DNA of 64,000 nucleotides from Azolla caroliniana (taxonomy: Eukaryota > Plantae > Polypodiophyta). How positions within the stretch are numbered: the stretch's first letter is position 1; each line of letters starts with the position of its first letter. The translations under genes were made by a program, and so were the position numbers. Below are positions 37,671 through 49,460 of the stretch, one piece after another. The DNA lies in the NCBI GenBank assembly GCA_043228905.1, contig JBHGNT010000123.1, positions 9,731 to 73,730 on the forward strand, in the 5' to 3' direction. The notes beneath the pieces are model-generated. The model saw only the letters and a program-made list of their open reading frames with translations, did no database searches and was not told the DNA's origin.

Positions 37671-40600
37671 TGTCGTGAAGATTTTCGTCCATAGGCGGAA
37701 AACCGAGCGAAGCAAGCAAACCCGCGATGTGCAACGTTGCACATCACCATGTTGTATTTCTATTTATCGATAGTGATAAGTATGGTGCTAGAAATGCACC
37801 TTAGGATTTGTAAAGTGTAGAGGTGATGTGCTTTTGCGCGCACATCCACGTGAGAGAGAGAGATAGGTACATAGTAGTTCGTGTAGAGGTGGGAGTTAAG
37901 ACCCATCCTTCCCACCTCCCCTAAAATCAAGGGAAATATCCCCATTGATTGAAAGGGGATATTTTGTAGCACCTTTATGTAACGGTCTTCCCTCCTTGTG
38001 CTATAAAGGGAGAGGAAGAGCACCATTGTGGGGGTTGCCTTATTTTGGAGTGTGAGTGAGGTATACCATTTCGTTTAGGGTTCCTTAGTTAGGGTTTCTT
38101 TTCTTCTTCGTCGGATTAGGGTTTCGGGTTTATCATAGCCGTTTGGTGCGGCCTACGCGGCCGCCATTTTGTAATCGGTGTTCGGTTCTAATATATCTTG
38201 TTGAGCATTTGGCCTCCATCTTCCTCTTGTTCGTTCTTTCTCTTCTTGTGCTAAGCTCCATTCCGAAGTCCTATTCCTTCTCCCCTTCTCCTTAGTCCAA
38301 GACCCCCGTGGTTCCGCCCTTCTCCACGCACGCGCGTAACAACGCGACATCTTTGGTGAACCCGACGTGAAGGGCGGCAAGGGAGAAAGAGATGGAAGAA
38401 GGCTTCGACTTCGAGGAGATGATGACAAAGATCGTGATGGACGCCGGACGGAAGAGGGCGAGGCGAGAGGCGGCTCAACAAGCGGTCGAAAGGGTGGTCC
38501 GTCTAGTCGGCCGGTTCGATGGGAAGGAGGTCCCAAAATTTTTGAGAGCCTACGATGCGGAAATGACGGGGATGGGCGTGGACGAAGCGACGAGGCTAGA
38601 GTTCTTTCGTCGAGCGGCGGCCGCATCAAAGTACGAGGAGGTCAAGGAGCTCCAAGAAGCTCACGAATCGTGGGAGTCCTTTGAAGGGGCTCTAATGGAG
38701 GCATACGGGTGCGCGGAATCGGAGGTAAGAGGTCGGCGAGAGTTCGATCGGTGGATGGCGTCGGCGAGGCGCCATCGGAGCGCAATAGAGGCATTCCGAG
38801 AGTTCGAGCGTCGTTTCTCTCAACTCTCGGAGTGGGAACGAAGAACGGTGGGGGCGGACAAAGTCCTCCTATTTTTGGAGACGGTCCATCATGAGGAGAG
38901 GATGGACATCATGTTCGAGCTTCAAGACGATTATGGGGCGCATGGTCTCACCGAGGAGTGGCCCGAAGTGGAATGGGTGTGTCGGCAACATGAGGCGAGG
39001 CGGTCGGCCACAACACGGCCCGCGAGCGGGGGAGAAGAGAGAGCGACGACCGACTACGCCATGCCGCCGGACGAGAGCTCATCGTGAACCGGTTTGGAGG
39101 GGCTCGACCTACAAGCGCTAATACGGGAGGCGTGCGGGCTCGTAATGGCGAAAATCGAAGCCGAAGAATGGCTTATTGCGGGGTCGGGCCCGAGCGGATC
39201 GGAGGACGCGGAGGAAGGAGCTTCCTCACACATGGAGGACGGGGCCCATGCGGAGGCCGAAAGAGAATGGTACATCGGTACCACGGGAGAGGGTGCGGAG
39301 CGAGCCGCCCTCTCGACATGGGGGGAAAGAACGACCGAGGACGAGGTCGGGGACGGTGAGGCGGCAATCGCCGATTCGAGCGGACATGGCGGATTCGGGA
39401 CATGGTGGCCCGAATCATCGAGTACGGAGGAGACAAGCGGCGGTACCGCAACCTTCCACGCGCCGGTTCAAGAGACCCCGGCGGCCGGCCCGAGCGCCCG
39501 CGTGAGACCGAGGGAAAAGAACGGTGGCGGCGGCAAGGTGGGCAACCGAGACAACGGTAAGAAGACCGCGGAAGAGGCGGCGGCAAGCATAACCGATGCT
39601 TGCATATACGGAGGCGGGGTAGCCACGGACAACGACGTCCGAGCGGAGGTGGCCACGGACTATACATCGACGAGCGGCGGTCCCGCGACCTTACACGCGT
39701 CATTCCTAGAGATCACGGCGGCCGGCCCGAGTGCCCGCGTAAGACCTATGGTGAAAGGCGGTGGCGGTGGCAAGGCGGGCGACCACGGCGTCGACACGAG
39801 AGAAGGTGCGGAGCAAGCGACCGTCTCATCTCGGGGAAAAAGAACGGCCATGGACGAGGCCGATATCTACGGAGCGATGGACGCCACTTCGAGAGTGGGC
39901 GGAAGTTTCGGGACGCGGTTGCCCGAAACGTTCTACGAGGATTTCGCGAGCATACTCGAGGCTTGCGAAATGGAGGAGGAAGACGAAACGAGCGATGGTG
40001 TCGCGACCTTCCACACACCGGCCCTAGAGGCTTCGGCGGTCGGCCCGAGTGCCGGCACGAGACCTAGAGCTACGGACGGTGGCGGCGGCAAGGCGGACAA
40101 CCGAGATGAGGACGAGACCGGCGAAGAAGAGGCGGCGGCAAGCATACTCGATGCTTGCGAAACCGAAGACGGGGTAGCCACGGACGACGATGTCCGAATG
40201 GAGGTGGCTACGGACGAGAGGAGTGGTGGTGTCGCGACCTTCCACACACCGGTCCTAGAGACTCCGGCACCCGGCCCGAGAGCCGGCGAGAGGCCTAGAG
40301 TGACGGACGGTGGCGGCGGCAAGGCGGGCAACCGAAACGACGACGACATGGGAGAGGGTGCGGAGCGAGCGACCCTCTCGTCTTGCGGCGAATGGACGGC
40401 CAAGGATGAGGCCGGTGACTACAAAGCGGAGAGCGCCACTTCGAAAGTGGGCGGAAGATTCGGGGCACGGCGGCCCAAAACATCGAGCGGAGAGGAGGCG
40501 AGCGGTGGTGCCGCGACCTTCCACACACCGGCCCTAGAGGCTTCGGCGGTCGGCCCGAGTGCCGGCACGAGACCTAGAACGACGGGCGGTGGTGGCGGCA

Positions 40601-43344
40601 AGGCGGGCAAACAAAATGACGCGGAGAACGGCGAAGAAGAGGTGGTGGCAAGCATACTAGAGGCTTACGGAATCGGAGATGGGGGAGCCGCGGACGACGT
40701 CCGAACGAAAGCGGCTACGGAGACAACAAGCGGCGGTGCCGGGTCCTTACCCACACCAATCCTAGAGGCTCCAATGGCCGGCCCGAGGGCCGGCATGAGG
40801 CTTAGTGCGACGGGAGGTGACGGCGGCAAGGCGTGCAATGGAAACGAGAAGGAAGATTGGAGCGGACGGAGGCAAGACCCCTTGACACCGGGGCCGGAGA
40901 CTTCGGCGGTTGTGCTCGAATGCCAACGTGAGACCGGAGAGATGGGCGGTGACCGTGAGGAGGTGAGGCCCGGAGAGAGCGCATACGAAGACGAGTATGC
41001 GGGGCCCGGAATGGGCGTATACGGTGGGTCCGACGGAGAGGACCGGAGCGGAAACGAGGAGAGAGTCGGGAACCGACCCTACCGGAATACGGCACGGAAG
41101 AAGAAGAGAGTAAGGGCCGGCGAACCGGGCCCAAACCGAAGGAAGCCGGCAAGACCGATTGGCCGGTTACGGTTACGGTTACGGTTACGTTTACGATGGG
41201 AGCCGGTAAGCGCGAGATGGAGGCTAACCGGGCACGACGACCATGGTTCGGGGGAAAAACGGAAACAAACGAGGCCCTCCATACCCACTCTAGAGACTAC
41301 GGCGGTTGCGGATCAACATAAGACCGGAGAGACGGCGGGTGGCGGCGAGGAGTCGGAGGCCGGAGCGTACGAGGTTACCGGAACGGATATCCGGTACGAG
41401 ATGGTGGACGGGTGGGTCCAAGACGGCGAGCCCGTGTCGGAACGGGCTACGGCGACAAAGGAGGAGAAGACCGACACGGAGGTCGGGTCTACGGCGGAAG
41501 AGCGAGACGAGATGCATGCAATACGGCCGATGGAGGGCCAAGACACAAGCATGCCTACGAAGGAGCCACATCGAGCGACCGAAGATGACGGTCGGATCAC
41601 GCCTTCGAGAGGCGAATACGAGGAGGAAGGCGGCGACGACGAGACCCGGCACGATGCTAGGGAAGATTGGTGGGAAGAGGTGGCCTACGGAGAGGCTAAG
41701 ACCGGCGGCCACGAAGATAAGACCCGAGAGGGATCCTCCACACCGGCTATAGAGACTCCGGCGATCGGCGCGAGTGCCGACGTGAGACCAAGAGTGGCGG
41801 ACGGTGGCGGCGAGGGGACGAAGGCCACAACGGATGAAGGCACCGAGAGAGGCATACGGGAGGTCGCGGTGAACGAAGATGTATGCGCCCAAAGGAACGA
41901 ACACGACATCACGAAGGATGTGTGCGGTCGAGCAGGCCAAGAGGGCCAAGAGGGTGTTCCTCCGAGCGAAACGGAGATCGGGGAAGAAAGGTACCTTTCC
42001 GAAAGGGTACGCGAAGAGGAGCGGAATGCGAAACGTGCAATGCGGCCGCATGAGGGCCAAGCAACGAGCGCGGGAACGATGGTATGCTCTACGGCGAGAG
42101 AGCACGGCAAGCAAAGGGAAGGCGAAAAATGCGTGATGGGGTCATCGAAGGACCGAAGCACGAGCACGCATTCGGAGGACGACACCGACGTACGGGGAAA
42201 GCCTACGGAAGGCAAGCGCGGAGCGAGAAGAGTCGGCACGACGTGGTGCGCGGCGCGAAAAAGGCGGATCCGGAGGATATGCGAGGCGGACAAAGGGTCG
42301 GCAACGGCGTTCGGGAGGACCGATCGGGGAAGAAAGCGCGGGCATCGGAAACGGCGGTCCGGATGTAGACGGTGGTTCGAGGAAACACGGTGGACGTGGC
42401 GGATCGGGTGGAGGCCACGACTCGGCGAACGTCGTCAAGTGTGGCGGATCGGATGGAGCCAACGGTTCGAGACCATTCGGCGGAGATGGTGGGCCGGAAG
42501 GCGACGGTGGTTCGTGTGGACGGGGTGGACTTGCTCGAAGTGGAAGACTAAGCCGGGCAAGCCCACGAGGTTGTCAAGGGCTCGGTTGGCCGCCTTGGCC
42601 GAAAATCTCGCGTTTTGTTCCCCTTTTGGCACATACCGGTGGATGTGCGGTTAGGTGGGGGCGGATGTCGTGAAGATTTTCGTCCATAGGCGGAAAACCG
42701 AGCGAAGCAAGCAAACCCGCGATGTGCAACGTTGCACATCACCATGTTGTATTTCTATTTATCGATAGTGATAAGTATGGTGCTAGAAATGCACCTTAGG
42801 ATTTGTAAAGTGTAGAGGTGATGTGCTTTTGCGCGCACATCCACGTGAGAGAGAGAGATAGGTACATAGTAGTTCGTGTAGAGGTGGGAGTTAAGACCCA
42901 TCCTTCCCACCTCCCCTAAAATCAAGGGAAATATCCCCATTGATTGAAAGGGGATATTTTGTAGCACCTTTATGTAACGGTCTTCCCTCCTTGTGCTATA
43001 AAGGGAGAGGAAGAGCACCATTGTGGGGGTTGCCTTATTTTGGAGTGTGAGTGAGGTATACCATTTCGTTTAGGGTTCCTTAGTTAGGGTTTCTTTTCTT
43101 CTTCGTCGGATTAGGGTTTCGGGTTTATCATAGCCGTTTGGTGCGGCCTACGCGGCCGCCATTTTGTAATCGGTGTTCGGTTCTAATATATCTTGTTGAG
43201 CATTTGGCCTCCATCTTCCTCTTGTTCGTTCTTTCTCTTCTTGTGCTAAGCTCCATTCCGAAGTCCTATTCCTTCTCCCCTTCTCCTTAGTCCAAGACCC
43301 CCGTGGTTCCGCCCTTCTCCACGCACGCGCGTAACAACGCGACA
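37671..43344 (+). mobile_element. Element E: non-autonomous Gag-only LTR element inserted in the copia pol
   Basis: 679-bp LTRs 37671-38349 and 42666-43344, TSD ACGT, PBS 38354-38371. Removing E restores the copia reading KDVRHVPEVRLNLI. Confidence 0.97.
38392..42654 (+). CDS. Element E ~1420-codon frame with a single stop (39085-39087): Gag N-terminus + expanded repeat tail + W/R-rich end
   Basis: ORFs 38392-39087 and 39094-42654 are in the same frame. Confidence 0.82.
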
Positions 43345-43348
43345 ACGT

Positions 43349-44418
43349 GTCGGACATCCTTCAGCAGCAGCTTGCATCCGGTTGGTGTTGTCAACCACAC
43401 GTCTCCTATGCCGACAATTCGGCATGTACCTTCATTCCCCATCTGGACACAGCCGTGATCACCGACTGAGTAGGATGAGAAGCATTTCTGGTCCGGGGTG
43501 AGGTGGAACGACGCTCCGGAGTCGACCACCCAGGTCATCTCGTCACAGGCAAGGTTTAGCTCACTCTCCTCGGTGATGAGCATCAACTCTTCTTCACTTG
43601 CCGCGATTGCTGTCGTTCCCTTCCGGTCCGGCCCCCTCCGGTCTTTACCATTCCGGTCCGGTGTCCGCGTCGAATCGGTACTGTCGGTTTCCTTGTCTTT
43701 TCAGAAGTGCCGACAGTTCTTCTGGAAGTGTCCCGGCTTGCTGCAATAGAAGCAAGTAGGCCTCCCCCTTGATTTTGACCGTGTCCCCGACTTTTCCCGG
43801 TTCTGGGGACTACGATTCCTTTGTCTTCCGCATTCCGATTCGGTAAGAAGCGCTTTGGAGTCGGAGCTCGTATCCTTATCTTTCCGACGCGCCTCCTCAT
43901 CTAGCAAGCTTGACTTCACTCTTGCTAGGGATAACCGTTTCCCTTCCGGCCCGGCGTTGCCCAAGGTGACAATCAACGTCTCCCAGCTATCTGAGAGGGA
44001 ACCGAGCAGGAGTAGTGCTAGTACCTCATCGGCAAGAGGTACTTCCAATGATGTTGCTTGGTGGATCAGCCCCTGGAAGGCATTCATGTGCTCCGCCATG
44101 CTGGAGCCATCTTGGTACCGGAGGCTTACTAGCTTCCGAAATACCAAAACCTGATTAACAACATTTTTGTTTTGAAACATAATGTCGATCTTCTCCCAGA
44201 GCTCATGAGCCTTGCTCTCTTCATTGAAGTTGTTGTATAGACTCATGTCGATGAAGCACCGTATGTACGCCGTTGTCTTCATGTGCGGAGTCGATTTTGT
44301 CCGGCCTCTTGTCCCCGAACTGAACCGGCAACCAAAGATCTTTAACCACGAGCATGTCCCTCATCTTCGACTTCCACACCGAATAGTTGGAGCCGGTGAG
44401 CTTGAACATGCCTCCCAT
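43349..44418 (-). pseudogene. Copia gag-protease segment (frameshifted)
   Basis: KLTGSNYSVWK, LLLLGSLSDSWET, zinc knuckle and WVVDSGASFH in successive frames. Confidence 0.9.
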
Positions 44419-44448
44419 TTTCTGTGTCGTTTCACTCTGATACCACTT

Positions 44449-45195
44449 TGACAAGAACTACACGCTCTGATGAACAACGCTTGGCCTCAACCGAGCTTAG
44501 AATCATAAAACACAGAAAAATGGGGAATGAATGCACGACACAGTGAAGAGAAGAGTACACAGGATGTTAACGTGGAAAACCCAAACTAGGGAAAAACCAC
44601 GACAGCCCACAGACTACAAACTATCACTATGTAACAATATACAATAGATGAACACAGAGGCAACGACCTCTTGTTCACTGTCTTCGCCACAAGCGGCGGT
44701 TACAATAGAGATACGAAATCTTCGTCTCTCTCTCTCTCTCTCTGTACACTGTTGCGCTCTAATCTTGCGCCAACAAGAATGACAACTACTACACATTAAG
44801 TTTGCCCTAAGTCATATTTATACTAATATGACTTTTCGGCTATTTACAATTATAGCCCCGATGGCCTCTCAGGAAACATATTTACGAATATGTCCCTTCA
44901 TCCGGTGAGCACTTCTCACCGGGCCTTCACCATCCGGCTCTTGCCGGGTACTCCTCATCCGGTTCTCACCAGGTCTTCCGTAGCCGGGTGCTCCTCATCC
45001 GGTTCTCACCGGGTCTTTCGTAGCCGGGTACTCCTCATCCGGTTCTCACTGGGTCTTCCGTAGTCAGGTACTCCTCATCCGGTTCTCACCGGGTCTTTCG
45101 TAGCCGGGTACTCCTCATCCGGATTTGGCCTCGGCCGAGTTTCTCATCAACACTGCTCTTCTCACTTCTCATCCGGAGGGACCTGTTTCCTAACA
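44449..45195 (-). repeat. Copia 5' LTR
   Basis: Adjacent to the PBS, TG...CA ends, followed by TSD CTTAG. Confidence 0.95.
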
Positions 45196-45758
45196 CTTAG
45201 GATACTCTATAGGATAGGCCTTGAGATCTCATTGCCATGGGATAGAAAACCTTGCTTATTAAGGAATTTTTATCTTACATTGAGAATTTTGATTTTGTCA
45301 TCAATACATTCTACTTAATATTGATATTTGTCATTTGAAATGTTCTCCAATGAAGGAGATTGGATACTAGATTTGTTCTCCGACTCATGTAAATTAATAT
45401 AACTTTGTTTGCTATGCCTTTAGAAATCAATATAGTTTATGTTTAGCTAAAACAATCTTCATTTTAAATTGTTAATGTGTACTGCATCTGCATCTGCATT
45501 GAAGCTATTCAGAAATACTGTTGCACTTAAAAAAGATGATCAACAAGTGAGATTTATTAACATGAGGATTAAAGCCTTAACATTTTCAATCTGCATCCCA
45601 TGAACTTATTTCTCCATTAGGTGGTGAACCTAGGGAGCTTATTGATCATTTTGTCGACGAGCTATTTGAGGACCCTATCATTGCTAGCCTATGTGGAGTA
45701 GATACTACACAAATTTTGAGGGGAGTTCTTGAAAGGAAGAAGAGGAGAGCATTCTGGA
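45196..45758 (+). pseudogene. 3' part of the methyltransferase-like gene (motif I side plus a further exon)
   Basis: 45340-45387 reads MFSNEGDWILDLFSDS, matching the S..GD.VLDPF.GSG SAM-binding motif. A further AG-preceded exon at ~45621 reads GEPRELIDHFVDELFEDP. Confidence 0.7.
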
Positions 45759-46268
45759 TGTCATGGACCTGACAATAGTCATGTCAAGATTCGAACTCAT
45801 CACCTCTTGTATATAGTCAAGTGTTATGTTCTAACCAACACATCCAAATACATAGTCATATTTATCTTAGTATATTATTACTATCTATTTCAAGTTGTAG
45901 GAGTTTTTAAAAAGTTCTAGAACTAGAAGGTTCTAGAGAGTTCTAGAATATTCTACCAAATATTCTCAAGAATATTCTAACACATATACTTCAACTCGCA
46001 CTATAAATACTTGTAACCTCCTTAGTCCCTTTCAAGGAATTCAAGGCCAGTCATTGACACATCAATCTAAGCCCCATCTTCTCTCCTTGATTTATATCTT
46101 TGTCTTTATGCTCTTGTATTGTTCATAGCGTCTTAAGTTCCTCATCTCATCGCTCCCAACTTCCAGAGTTTCTAGCCTCATCACGTTTAGTTCCATGTTC
46201 GTAACCTTATCAATCATAGCCTCGTCATCTGTGCTTTGTCGTAGTCTAGGGTTGGTGTGTCCGTGACA
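45759..46268. mobile_element. Solo LTR
   Basis: TGTCATGGAC...GTCCGTGACA termini, 5-bp TSD CTGGA, internal TATAAATA. Confidence 0.92.
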
Positions 46269-46812
46269 CTGGATACCCTAATAACTAATATGTGATATGT
46301 TCAAATTGATATATTAATGTTCACGTCAAAGTTTAACAGTTTATCAATATCGTCTACATTTTAGGAGTTGTGGATTTATCAAAACTATTTATTAATATTG
46401 TCTACATTTCTTGAGTTGTGAATATAAGGATGTTAATGAGCATTAAATTCATAGATGATGGCACTAAGGATTACAATGTTACCTCTTATACTTAAAACAT
46501 TTTCAATTTTAATCTGCATAAATCTACAACACAACTCATGGGTTGTCTAACATCCATGTTCATATACAGTACTATGTATGGTTGTTTGAACAACCATATT
46601 TATATCATTATCAGAGCTCCTTGATATAGAATTAGTGTAAGATGGGTTGTCAAATGAATTAAAGAATTCTCCTACTTATTAAGAGGCATGCTATGCTGGT
46701 TTATGCTGTTTTGCAACATGTTTGAAGTGGTGAAATCTGATACTTATATCATATTAATTGCTCATTTTGGAATTCCAAATGGTAGATGCTTATACTTGTG
46801 AATGTTTAGTAG

Positions 46813-49078
46813 GTGGTACGAATCTATATCAGTGTACTGGAAGCGTAGGAAGAGTGCAATTTTATTCGTCTGTAGTTTTAGCTGATTATGAAAGAAGAAA
46901 TTATGCAAGAGATGTAAATCAATATGTCGATGTTTTGTACAATCTAAATAATTTCAACAGGTATTTCTGACCGTTGATTCTTCTTCATGGCTTTTGTGAT
47001 AGCAGTGATCCATCAAATGTATCTGTCTCACATGATACATAATCACATGCTTTTGTAGGCCATTTTTGTTGCGTGATGTTTATGACAACATGATCCTTGA
47101 TGGCATTCAACCAATTTCAGATACATTTGCACCACTCTTTGTTGGATGTATGAAAGGTGGCCGTCTACAGGACGCCTTTTACTTTTACAATGAGATGAAA
47201 TGCATGGGCTATATCCCTGATGTAAGTTTATGGATTCATAATGGTTTTAATGGGCATTTGGTAATAGACGAGATTTTATGGAGTTGGTTTCAGAATCAAA
47301 CTTTTATAAAATTTTAGACGTAGTAGAATAATTGAGGATGAGGTTTGTACAATGAATATAAAATGTAAATGTTTTTTTAGGATTTGACATTCAATTGCTT
47401 GATTGCAACATGTGGTAGATGCTGCCAACAACGCCGTGCTTTTTAGGTTCATCCTTTACATGGTGTAGCTGTTCATTGCCATTACGCTGTAAACTTAATT
47501 TTATTGAGTCTTTTCATTCCCAGATACTGACATCTCATTTGGAATTTCATTTTGCATCTGGCAGAACGAAAGAGAGTTATGTCCAGGAAACTTATACGAA
47601 TGCATCCAATGTAATGAGAAATAAATCATTCCAGATATATCGGGTCATTAAAGTCCAATTCCCAAGGAAATTTGCTAGTACATATCTGAGTAGTGGGTCA
47701 TTAATTTGGCCAAGATGTGAGTCTTTACATCTATGATAGATCCAGGAAATTCTTGTTAAGCATTTTCCATTTTTGAATAGTATTTAAAGCTTAACATGGA
47801 AGGTAAGTTGATTGACTTAAATATTCTACATCAATGGGAATGTTTTGACCAAGATGTTTACTCCATCTATGATAGATCCTGGATGTTCTCGTTAAATATT
47901 TTGCAATAATGTACGATTTTTGCTCAAATTGCGAGAAGAGTTGAGTTTCATGGCTTTATTTGTAGAGTGTGTGTATGTGGCATGGGCTCACCTCAACCTT
48001 TTATTTATTCAGAATAAAAAGCAACTTTATTATCTTTGTCTGCTAAGGTTGTAGAGGAGATGTTGCATTTTGGCTTGCGTCCAAAATTGAAAACATTAAC
48101 AACACTTCTAGGAGCATGTAGGGCAGTATGTTTGCCAAAAGAAGTGTGAGTATATAGAAGTTTGTTCAGGAATAACTACCATTACATATGCATAAAGAAC
48201 AATTGTTCCTAAGTTTTCAGGGCAAGAGTTGTGCAAAGGATTATAGAATTTGGACTTGCGCTAAACAAGTATTGCTATGCTGCACTCATAGCAACAGAGA
48301 AAAATCAACAAGTGAAGAAAAAAGACACATTTGATAAGGTTAGATACTAAGCGTGTTGAGTTGCTGTTCCTATTGATGAGGCTCACTGTATCTGACTTCT
48401 CACATAGTTTTTATCCTTCAAAGATCCTTGATATACTAAGGCAGGCAAGAAGCTGGTCTGGTCTAGACATGTTTGGAGGTGGACGAGATGGAGGGGATAT
48501 AATTGATGAGACTGACGAGTATATTTATGGTTTGCCCAACATTGATTTTGTACCCAGCCGTGCAAATATTGTTGATCGGCGCTTGACGGTATATCATGCA
48601 TGTGCAGACCTCAAAAATACTTCTGTAAGTGTATGTTGATATCTATTGTGACTTTTAATCATCGTCCACCATGGTTTGGAATCATTGAAATTGACAAAAT
48701 CGAGTTAATGGATCAAGACAATTTTCATAAAAAATGCAATCATGTAGTACCTCCATTTGGATGAACGCATATATCTTTTGTTTTGTTCTGAAAGAGATTA
48801 ATGACATCATAGATCAAGATATGGCCCATGGGGAGCCTAGCTTGTCAACTTTGTGCGCATAATCAAAAATGGTATTTTTGCACATATTGATATTTAATAT
48901 AAAATTTTCCATCACAGTTTAGAAATTTGTGTAGATGCATATGGAAATGGATGATAGTTCTGTACTAGATACTTGATGATATGTTGACTGTTTGTATGCA
49001 GGCCCTGAGGAGTGTTGTACAAATGCTGAAAGAAGATAGCTTTCAGCCAGATCTTTTTTGTGTTGCTCAAATCCTAAG
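46813..49078 (+). pseudogene. Second copy of the At4g35850-like PPR gene, 5' exons only (~46813-46960, 47059-47221, 47381-47446, 48048-48145, 48221-48338, 48424-48623, 49002-49078)
   Basis: RRNYARDVNQY, LLRDVYDNMILDG, KGGRLQDAF, FNCLIATCG, LNKYCYAALI and LTVYHA. In-frame TAG at the end of the 47381 exon. No 3' exons follow. Confidence 0.85.
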
Positions 49079-49460
49079 GTATGGAATACATCATATACAT
49101 TTATTATTTCTTATAGTTTTTTAAAACTATGTAAGTGCAATTTCTTCTGGTTACATAGGTATTGGTTGTGGAATCTAAGTTGAACCTAGAAATGTATCCT
49201 AGAAAAGGCACTCCCAAGATTGTTAACTTGCTACATCACTTCTAGGCTCTTTGTTTTTGACATGTATCTACACCCTCCACAACTTTACCTTTCAGATTAA
49301 TATGCCATATCTCAATTGGTCCTGCCAAACATATAATTGCCTAGGTTTGAATTATCTACATATTTCCATAAGTTCACCTTTTGGATGTAATATGTATATG
49401 TTGAGTGGTTCTTTTACACATGAAATTGCTTGAAGGATAATTATAATCACTATAAAACCT

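Larger units (their letters stand above)
12343..45195 (-). mobile_element. Ty1/copia LTR retrotransposon (outer element of the nest), decayed
   Basis: LTRs 12343-13054 and 44449-45195 (TG...CA), 5-bp TSD CTTAG, tRNA-Met PBS TGGTATCAGAG at 44435-44445. Coding order on the minus strand is Gag (CFYCSKPGHFQKNC), PR (WVVDSGAS), GAG-pre-integrase/IN, RT (LLLYVDDML), RNase H. Confidence 0.97.

Noticed and set aside
39400-41830. Repeat array read as a CRISPR-like repeat-spacer array
   Set aside because: Units are degenerate, spacing is irregular, inter-unit sequences are themselves related, there are no cas genes and the context is eukaryotic.
39094-42654. env-like gene
   Set aside because: No signal peptide or hydrophobic transmembrane helix, and it is in frame with the Gag fragment rather than 3' of pol.
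13784-43344. The many overlapping antisense and alternate-frame ORFs of 60-360 aa
   Set aside because: Expected shadows of GC-rich retroelement coding sequence, with no independent motifs.
15425-43344. Bacterial contamination or a horizontally transferred island suggested by high GC
   Set aside because: Every GC-rich block is bounded by LTRs with exact TSDs inside plant sequence.
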